A DNA stretch of 64,000 nucleotides from Planctomycetota bacterium (GTDB lineage: Bacteria > Planctomycetota > SZUA-567 > JAKLDR01), in assembly GCA_022703445.1 (NCBI GenBank), contig JAKLDR010000005.1, forward strand, positions 36,107 to 100,106, given 5' to 3'. The position numbers were made by a program, and so were the translations under genes. The notes beneath the pieces are model-generated. The model saw only the letters and a list, made by a program, of their open reading frames with translations. It did no database searches and had not been told where the DNA came from. Positions 57,879-64,000 of this stretch are shown in pieces (position 1 is the first letter of the stretch; every line of letters starts with the position of its first letter).

Positions 57879-59894
57879 TCACCGATCCTCCCCGCTGCGC
57901 CCCTTAGCGGGCTCGGCCAGCAAGCGTGCTATATCATCATGGCCCCTCTCCGCGGCAAGCTTCTGCGCGGTGATGCCTGTGTCCGTAACGGCCTTGACAT
58001 CGGCTCCAGAGGCCAATAGGCACTTAACCACACCGATCATGCCACAGTAAGCGGCGATGTGCAGAGGGGTCTGCCCATGCGCGTCGCGTGCATCTACTTT
58101 CGCGCCCCTCCCAATCAGACGTGCGGCCACATCTGCATGTCCTCCGAACGATGCCTGATGCAGCGCAGTGAAGCCATCATCCGTGGTCGCGTTGCTGTCG
58201 GCCTTGGCATCCAGCAAGAACATGACAACCTCAACGTTGCCAAATCGCGCAGCATCCATCAGCGGAGTCCAGCCCTTGGCACCACGAGCATCAACCGGAG
58301 CCCCTTTGTCGATCAACAGCTTGGCAACCGGCACATGGCCGGCCATTGCGGCAAGATGCAGAGGCGATGCCCCTGTCTTCATCTGAGCCCGGGGGTCACC
58401 GCCAGCCGCTATCAGCATCGCTGCTATCTCAGCACTGCCTTTGCCTGCGGCAACGTGGAGCGGGGTTGCTCCACCTTTCGTAACGATATCGGCTTTGGCT
58501 CCATGCGCCAAGAGATACTTCACGGTCTCCGCATTACCGGTGGACACTGGCGCAAAAATGGGTGTGCTACCATCCGATCTGACTGCGTTTGCATCGGCCC
58601 CTCGCTTGAGCAAGACCTCCATCACCCCAAGGTTCCCGGACATTTGGGCGACATGCAAAGGGGTGTCCCCGTCCTGACTCTTGGCGGCAACGGAAGCGCC
58701 TTGGCCCAGCAGGTAATCGACCAATTCCGCATATCCACCAACGCAAGCTGAGTGCAGGGGCGTCCACTCGCCGTCAGCCCTCTTGCCGATATCCACACCA
58801 GCTGCGGCGAGGGTCTTGACGATCCCAAGCTCTCCCGCCGTCGCAGCGGCATCAAGGAGTGTTTGCCCAGCGCTATACCTCGTCTTCAGGATAGAAGGAT
58901 CTTGGCGCAGCAGTTCCTTCAGCTGGTTGACATCTCCTCGTCGCACCGTAAGCATAGCGGGGTCGGCAGGAATCGGTCGCAAGACCAGCGAGAAGCAGCC
59001 CAGGTACTCACGGAGGTTCGACTGCGACGCCATCTGGACAAGCTTGGCGTGCGTGGGGGCAGGCATAGTAACAAGAGGGCCCTCCGTCAAGGGCCAACGA
59101 CTTTCAGGTCGGGCCGCTCTTATGGCCACACGAAGTTCCTCCAGCCTTTTCTCGGACACTACGGGGATCACCGGCACATCCTGCTCCGCAACGAGCCCCA
59201 TCTGCAGGGTCAGATCAAGCCCATTCGGGCCATCATGGTGTCCCCTGCAGGCAATCGCCATTGCCTTCCCCGCGTCTACCCAAATGAACGCTGTCTTGTC
59301 TTGTCCCCTGAGTTGTCCATGGGTCGCGAGCAGATAGGATTCCTTCCCGCCTATTCTGGCCATCATCGACGGCGTGCCTTCCGTCCACTCAAGTAGTGGT
59401 ACTAAGTTGACGTTAACGCCAGCAACTCCGTCAGGCTTTCTTGTGATGGCCTGAGGGATCACCGCAAAACTGGGCCCTGCGTCGGCACGTTTCGCAACGA
59501 CATATTCCGAGAGGTCTGAATCGAACCACGCTGCGCACTCAGGGCCAGCGATCAACAATGGGGCATCTCCCAGTGCCACAAGGTAGAAGAACTTGGTGGG
59601 GCTGGCATACAGCAAGTAGGTGCGCAGTGTGCCGTCGATGCCTGTGCGCATGGCCTCGCTCTTCGCCACGAAGACTGCACCCTTGGGAATATCGACTCTG
59701 CCACAAAGGAAAGCAGGAAGGGCCGCTCGAGCGCTAAGAGCCTTAATGTCCTTCATTGAGCGGGCAATTACAGTGTCATCACCGCGCTGGCCTGGCACAT
59801 CTTCTCCCGCCAGACCGCCGGGGATTGCGATGGCGATCAGGACGACCAGACATGAAGCTACGCGCGCCAGAAGGGGTTCCCTGTCGGTATGCAT
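57879..59894 (-). CDS. secreted or membrane-anchored protein with an N-terminal unknown domain and about 9 ankyrin repeats
   Basis: 671 aa. Repeated G.TPLH.A...G....V..LL..GA...A motifs, e.g. DGDTPLHVAQMSGNLGVMEVLLKRGADANA and GATPLHVAAGKGSAEIAAMLIAAGGDP. N-terminal hydrophobic segment LLARVASCLVVLIAIAIPGG. Confidence 0.85.
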   Translation of the reverse strand: MHTDREPLLARVASCLVVLIAIAIPGGLAGEDVPGQRGDDTVIARSMKDIKALSARAALPAFLCGRVDIPKGAVFVAKSEAMRTGIDGTLRTYLLYASPTKFFYLVALGDAPLLIAGPECAAWFDSDLSEYVVAKRADAGPSFAVIPQAITRKPDGVAGVNVNLVPLLEWTEGTPSMMARIGGKESYLLATHGQLRGQDKTAFIWVDAGKAMAIACRGHHDGPNGLDLTLQMGLVAEQDVPVIPVVSEKRLEELRVAIRAARPESRWPLTEGPLVTMPAPTHAKLVQMASQSNLREYLGCFSLVLRPIPADPAMLTVRRGDVNQLKELLRQDPSILKTRYSAGQTLLDAAATAGELGIVKTLAAAGVDIGKRADGEWTPLHSACVGGYAELVDYLLGQGASVAAKSQDGDTPLHVAQMSGNLGVMEVLLKRGADANAVRSDGSTPIFAPVSTGNAETVKYLLAHGAKADIVTKGGATPLHVAAGKGSAEIAAMLIAAGGDPRAQMKTGASPLHLAAMAGHVPVAKLLIDKGAPVDARGAKGWTPLMDAARFGNVEVVMFLLDAKADSNATTDDGFTALHQASFGGHADVAARLIGRGAKVDARDAHGQTPLHIAAYCGMIGVVKCLLASGADVKAVTDTGITAQKLAAERGHDDIARLLAEPAKGRSGEDR

Positions 59895-59947
59895 GCATCC
59901 CTCCCCAGTGCCACTAGACAGGCCATTTCCGACATGACGTTCGCCCT

Positions 59948-59975
59948 ATCGTAAGTCAGGACTTGCTCTGGTCAA
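59948..59975 (-). promoter_or_regulatory. candidate promoter for the ankyrin / small-gene block
   Basis: On the minus strand: TTGACC (59975-59970), 16-nt spacer, TACGAT (59953-59948), about 55 nt upstream of the ATG at 59894. Confidence 0.4.
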
Positions 59976-59995
59976 GAAACAGCGGCATTCCGGGG

Positions 59996-60027
59996 TCAGC
60001 TTACCCCGCCCGGCGGCGGCGCGCAAG
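59996..60027 (+). repeat. 32-nt direct repeat, copy 2
   Basis: TCAGCTTACCCCGCCCGGCGGCGGCGCGCAAG. See 55373-55404. Confidence 0.85.
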
Positions 60028-60167
60028 CTGGCTCGCGAGAAAGTTCTCCGCCATCTCCGCCGCCGGCGGCCGCCAGGCGCGGAGGGCGGCAGGCGGAGGG
60101 CCAATGGCGGCGCGGCCACCCCGGGGCCGCTGGGGCCGGCAGCCATGCCCCCGCCCCAATTCTCCCT

Positions 60168-60195
60168 TTGGCCCCTCCGCCCGCCCGCCTATAAT
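60168..60195 (+). promoter_or_regulatory. candidate promoter with a perfect -10 just upstream of the sulfatase-like gene
   Basis: TTGGCC (60168-60173), 16-nt spacer, TATAAT (60190-60195). The GTG at 60204 lies only 8 nt downstream. Confidence 0.45.
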
Positions 60196-60203
60196 CCCGG
60201 CCC

Positions 60204-62225
60204 GTGAGCACCGCGGAACCGGACGCCCGGACCGCCCCCCGCGCCCCCCTGGGAGAGGCGGAGCCGCCCTCATCCGACCTGGCGCGGGCCATGCGCCGCG
60301 CCCTCGGCTGCGTGGCCGCCCTCGACTTCGCCTACTGCGTCGCGGCGGCCTCGCCCTACGCCATCGCCTGCCTGCCCCCCGACGCAGGATGGTCGTCGTT
60401 CGCCTCGGCGGCCGGGGTCATCCTTCTCGAGGTCCTGGCCGTGAGCCTGCCGGCCTACGCGCTCGGCTTCGTCCTGTGGCGCTGGGGCGCTCGCCGCGCG
60501 GCGGTGGCCGGGTGCCTGTCGCTGCTGGTCCTGGCCGCGTTCCTGCTGCGCATCGACGCCATCATGTTCCCGTTCTTCCGTCAGCACGTCTACGGCGCGC
60601 TGGCCCTGGGCTGCCTGGCCCAGGGCGACGCCGACGCCCTGGCCATGACTCCGGGACAGCTCGCGATCTACGGGCTGGAGGCGCTGGCGGTCGTCGGGCT
60701 GCAGATCCCGGGATACCTGGCCATCCGCCGCCTCTTCCTGACTCGCTGGCCCCAGCGGTCGGCCCCCTGGGTCCGCCCGACGCTGGCGCTGGCCGGCCTA
60801 GGGATGCTCGTCCTGGCCCTGGCCGCCTGGGCCGGGAGCCGGACCAGCGGGCTGCGGCCGGGCTTCATTCCGGCCAGCCGCAAGGCCGACCTGCTGGCCA
60901 TGCAGCAGGGCCTGCTCGTGCCCCTGGCCGGCAGCCAGGAGACCGCGCCGCCCGCTGCGATCGCGGCTGCCGCGGACAAGGGCTTCCGCAAGGCCCTGGC
61001 CACCATGGACCGCCGGCCGGCGTGGCTGGATCCCCTTAGGGTCGCCACCGGCCCGGCACGCCGGCCGAACATCGTGATCGTCTTCGCCGAGAGCCTGCGC
61101 GCCGACGCCATGACCCCCGAGGTCATGCCCGAGATGACCAGCTTCGCCGCGGGCGCGACCCGCGCCGGCAGGCACTTCTCGACCGGCAACACCACCTACC
61201 TGGCGCTCTTCGGACTGACCTACGGCCAGGACGCGGCCGCCTGGGACCTGGCGCTGGCCGAGCGGGCCGCGCCGCCGCCGCTCGCGGCGCTCAAGGCCGC
61301 CGGCTACCGCCTGCACCTGGTCTCGGGCTGCTCCATGGCCTGGTGGCGGCTCGACGAGCTGGTCCTGCCCCGGAGCATGTTCGACAGCTACTTCGAGCGC
61401 GAGGGCGATCCCGTGGCCGACGACCTGGCCGTGGTCCGCGAGGCCGGCCGGGTGATCGACTCGGCGGGCGGGGAACCCTTCTGCCTGCTCGTCTTCCTCT
61501 ACGCCACCCACTGGAGCTATTACTTCCCGCCGGACCGCGCCCGCTTCAGACCCTACATGGAGAACGTCGAGCTGAACATCGGCCCCCGGCTGGTGACCCG
61601 CCGCGAGGAGGTCTGGAACCGCTACCGCAACGCGGCGGCGTTCGTGGACCGCTCGGCCGGACAGATCGTCGGGAACCTCGAAGCCCGGGGGCTGCTCGAC
61701 GGCTCCGTGGTGGTCTTCGCCGGCGACCACGGCGAGAGCTTTCACGAGACCGGCGGCTTCTGCCACGGCAGCTCCCTGGGCATCCAAGAGCTGGCCGTGC
61801 CCTGCGTGGTCCGCTGGCCGGGGCAGACCGCCGGCCGCGAGATCGCCGGCTTCACCCAGCACAAGGACATCTTCCCGTCGATCTTCAGACACATGGGGCT
61901 GGAGAGCCCGCAGCTGGCCGCGCTCTCCGGGCGGCCGCACCTGCTAGAGGGGCAGGGCGGAGCCTCCGCGCAGGCCGGCGCCGGCGACAAAGGCTCCCCC
62001 CGCCGCTGGCTGCTGCTGGACGCGAACCGCCGGCTGACTATATTCATGCCGCAGGGGAAGCCGCGCCTGGAGTGCCTGGGCTGGCGGGACGCCTCGGGGC
62101 TCGAGGGCACCCCGCTGACCGGCGCGCCGGCGCCCGGCGAGGCGGCCGCCGTCGAGGACCGCCTGCTGGACTGGCTGCTGTCCTCCGGAGCGGCGGGAAT
62201 GTGGCGGGCGGCGGGCGCCAAGTGA
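60204..62225 (+). CDS. membrane-anchored sulfatase-like / alkaline-phosphatase-superfamily enzyme (LtaS/OpgB/EptA-type architecture)
   Basis: 673 aa. Several N-terminal TM segments, then PNIVIVFAESLRADAMTPEVMPEM...VVVFAGDHGESFHE, typical of the sulfatase domain. The start (GTG 60204 or ATG 60291) is uncertain. Confidence 0.8.
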   Translation: MSTAEPDARTAPRAPLGEAEPPSSDLARAMRRALGCVAALDFAYCVAAASPYAIACLPPDAGWSSFASAAGVILLEVLAVSLPAYALGFVLWRWGARRAAVAGCLSLLVLAAFLLRIDAIMFPFFRQHVYGALALGCLAQGDADALAMTPGQLAIYGLEALAVVGLQIPGYLAIRRLFLTRWPQRSAPWVRPTLALAGLGMLVLALAAWAGSRTSGLRPGFIPASRKADLLAMQQGLLVPLAGSQETAPPAAIAAAADKGFRKALATMDRRPAWLDPLRVATGPARRPNIVIVFAESLRADAMTPEVMPEMTSFAAGATRAGRHFSTGNTTYLALFGLTYGQDAAAWDLALAERAAPPPLAALKAAGYRLHLVSGCSMAWWRLDELVLPRSMFDSYFEREGDPVADDLAVVREAGRVIDSAGGEPFCLLVFLYATHWSYYFPPDRARFRPYMENVELNIGPRLVTRREEVWNRYRNAAAFVDRSAGQIVGNLEARGLLDGSVVVFAGDHGESFHETGGFCHGSSLGIQELAVPCVVRWPGQTAGREIAGFTQHKDIFPSIFRHMGLESPQLAALSGRPHLLEGQGGASAQAGAGDKGSPRRWLLLDANRRLTIFMPQGKPRLECLGWRDASGLEGTPLTGAPAPGEAAAVEDRLLDWLLSSGAAGMWRAAGAK

Positions 62226-62228
62226 TCA

Positions 62229-62255
62229 GACCGATCGGACCGATCCGACGGATCA
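62229..62255 (+). repeat. three tandem 9-mers GACCGATCG GACCGATCC GACGGATCA
   Basis: Read directly. Together with TGATCA at the stop codon this gives four GATC sites within about 33 bp, between two co-directional genes. Confidence 0.8.
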
Positions 62256-62274
62256 GCAACTTGAGGAGAACCCG

Positions 62275-64000
62275 ATGCGCGCAACCCTGACCTTCCTGAG
62301 TGCGGCGATGCTGTTCGCCTCCGCGGCGCTGGCCGGCGAGGCCGCACCGCCCCCCGCCCAGCCCGCCGCCGGCGAAGTCACCGAGATCAGGGCCGTCTGC
62401 CGCAACGGGCAGACCTTCGTCACCTGGAAGGATGCAGCCGAGGGCGAGGCCGCGGCGGGGCTGCGCTACGCCTTATACCGCGCGGACGGGCCGATCACCC
62501 AGGAGAACCTGGCCGCCGCACAGTGCCTCCAGAAGGGCATCTACTACAACTCCGCGCGGCTCTACGGCAGCGCCTTCTGCGAAAAGTCGCGCCTCGACCC
62601 GGCCAAGCCCCAGGTCGTGATCGAAGACGGCGGCAAGCCCCTGCCGATGTGGAGCGGCGTCACCGCCGTGACCGTCCAGAAGGACGGCAAGAGCTACTAT
62701 GCGGTGTTGGCCACCGACGCCAAGGGCACGCCGGTGACCAAGGTCGTCCCGGGGAAGAGCGCCACGACCGAAGCGGTCCAGGAGAAGGTCGGAGCCATCC
62801 AACCCATCCTCTGCGAGGGATTGAAGAAGGCCCCGGGTGCGAGCCCTGCGCCGGCCTCCAGCTTCGGCAAGAAGCTGCCCATGCAGGTGGACCTGCACGC
62901 CTCGAGCGGCTATGCCAGCGACAAGCTCTACGGCGCGGGCGACGCCTACCTCTACTTCGCCACCCCCCAGATGGGCTATCGCGACGGCCTGCAGGGCTCC
63001 TTCGTGGTCCGCGAGAACCAGGGCAAGTCGCTGTCGCTGTCGGCCTTCGAATCCCTCGAGAACCCGGCCGGCAACCCCGTCAATCTGTGTTTCGAGACCT
63101 ACTGGTTCGGCTACCTGTGCGTGCCGCAGTGGGCCGACCACAAGGAGCCGCGCGCCTACCCCTTCACCGAGAACCGCATGCTCTGGGTCATCGACTGGGT
63201 GGCCAGGAAGTACGACGTCGACACCAACCGGATCTACGCCGGCGGCGGCTCGATGGGCGCGTGGGGCTCGAGCACCTTCGCCTTCCGCCACCCGGAGATC
63301 TTCGCGGCCGTGTATCCCAACCGTCCGCGGACCCGCCAGCGCGGCATGCCCTCTCTCGCCAAGCTGCCCCCCGGGCAGAAGGAGGCGATGATGGACGACG
63401 GCAAGACGCCCTACCTGGAGCGCATGGACATGGTCAAGTTCGCGAGCGAGCACCACGAGGACCTGCCGGTCTACATCTGGTGCTGCGGCCGGCGCGACGG
63501 TTTCGCCTCCTGGCAGGAGCAGGTCGACCTGGTCAAGGCGCTCACCGCCAGCCACCACGGTTTCGCCTTCGCCTGGAACAACGGGGATCACTCCTCGGGC
63601 GGCTATCCCATGGGCAAGGTGGCGAAGTACTTCGGCAGTGACAAGTTCGCCAGGAACCAGAGCTACCCGGCCTTCGGGAACAGCTCCATCAACGACAACA
63701 TGGGCAACGGCGATCCCAAGGACGGCGACCTCGGCAACGACGATCCGAAGAAGGGCCCCGTCGAGGTCTTCGGCATCAACCTGGGCTTCATCTGGAAGGA
63801 CGTGGTCGACGAGCCCGGCAAGTGGTCGGTGAAGCTCTCGAACGATCTGGCCAAGGCGGAGATGACCGTGGACGTCACCCCGCGGCGCTGCCAGCAGTTC
63901 AAGCTCAAGGCCGGTGACAAGCTCAAGTGGACCAACTCGGCTGGCGGAGCGGGCGAGGCGACCGCCGACCAGTGGGGCCTGGTGACCATTGAGAAGGTCA
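62275..64000 (+). CDS. secreted alpha/beta-hydrolase-like esterase (3' end beyond the window)
   Basis: My own translation from ATG 62275 (SD GAGGAG at 62264-62269): MRATLTFLSAAMLFASAALAGEAAPPP...RIYAGGGSMGAWGSSTFAF (G-x-S-x-G nucleophile elbow)...WNNGDHSSGG. The frame stays open to the window end. It is absent from the ORF track because it is open-ended. Confidence 0.75.
   Translation, partial: MRATLTFLSAAMLFASAALAGEAAPPPAQPAAGEVTEIRAVCRNGQTFVTWKDAAEGEAAAGLRYALYRADGPITQENLAAAQCLQKGIYYNSARLYGSAFCEKSRLDPAKPQVVIEDGGKPLPMWSGVTAVTVQKDGKSYYAVLATDAKGTPVTKVVPGKSATTEAVQEKVGAIQPILCEGLKKAPGASPAPASSFGKKLPMQVDLHASSGYASDKLYGAGDAYLYFATPQMGYRDGLQGSFVVRENQGKSLSLSAFESLENPAGNPVNLCFETYWFGYLCVPQWADHKEPRAYPFTENRMLWVIDWVARKYDVDTNRIYAGGGSMGAWGSSTFAFRHPEIFAAVYPNRPRTRQRGMPSLAKLPPGQKEAMMDDGKTPYLERMDMVKFASEHHEDLPVYIWCCGRRDGFASWQEQVDLVKALTASHHGFAFAWNNGDHSSGGYPMGKVAKYFGSDKFARNQSYPAFGNSSINDNMGNGDPKDGDLGNDDPKKGPVEVFGINLGFIWKDVVDEPGKWSVKLSNDLAKAEMTVDVTPRRCQQFKLKAGDKLKWTNSAGGAGEATADQWGLVTIEKV

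Noticed and set aside
59963-61039. 358-aa plus-strand ORF starting upstream of the sulfatase-like gene
   Set aside because: It is out of frame with the 60204..62225 ORF, which carries TM segments and sulfatase motifs. Its translation is Arg/Pro/Gly-rich with no motifs.
62523-63641. 372-aa plus-strand ORF and 372-aa minus-strand ORF (62473..63591) overlapping the esterase gene
   Set aside because: Both give low-complexity Arg/Gly/Pro-rich translations. The frame starting at ATG 62275 has an SD, a signal peptide and a G-x-S-x-G hydrolase motif, and stays open to the window end.

Overview
GC-rich bacterial chromosomal window. Single 60-nt lines counted by hand give about 70% G+C in the core and 52-63% in one island. 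I cannot assign a taxon from sequence alone. All homology calls rest on motifs I recognise in the supplied translations, not on database searches. Layout: (i) 1-13.7 kb holds the 5' part of lysC, an M28 peptidase, a 1693-aa secreted C10 (streptopain-type) protease fused to 2 x (BACON-like + 6 Kelch) and 7 RCC1 repeats, a DUF748/AsmA-like protein, and a GH127 gene with a divergent AraC regulator. (ii) 13.8-50.4 kb holds 17 consecutive minus-strand genes with gaps of 180 bp or less and four 4-bp overlaps. They are 4 DUF4091/GH123-like paralogs, 4 Kelch paralogs with a helical insert, 2 FlgD-Ig+NHL propellers, 2 small propeller proteins, a GH38, a heparinase II/III-like protein, a TIM-barrel-like protein and 2 GntR-HTH/sugar-binding regulators. 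No transporter is present. (iii) 50.4-60.0 kb is a lower-GC island with two REP-associated tyrosine transposase (RAYT/IS200-like) genes, dense REP-like repeats, a 12-repeat PD40 protein, an array of small genes with conserved junctions, and an ankyrin protein. (iv) 60.2-64.0 kb holds a membrane sulfatase-like enzyme and a secreted alpha/beta hydrolase that runs off the window. I saw no rRNA, tRNA or CRISPR by eye. Most notable observations: an 850-bp RAYT element with inverted ends and an 8-bp direct repeat that splits a small HEAT gene, whose 72-aa ORF can be rebuilt in frame. A short palindrome arm is inserted in frame (PSTxSGQ) in three genes from two families. A CAGTGCCT palindrome encodes the C-terminus of one gene and the signal-peptide start of two unrelated genes. 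Every signal-peptide protein in the cluster ends in Lys and every other protein does not. The large propeller-rich locus has an unknown substrate.
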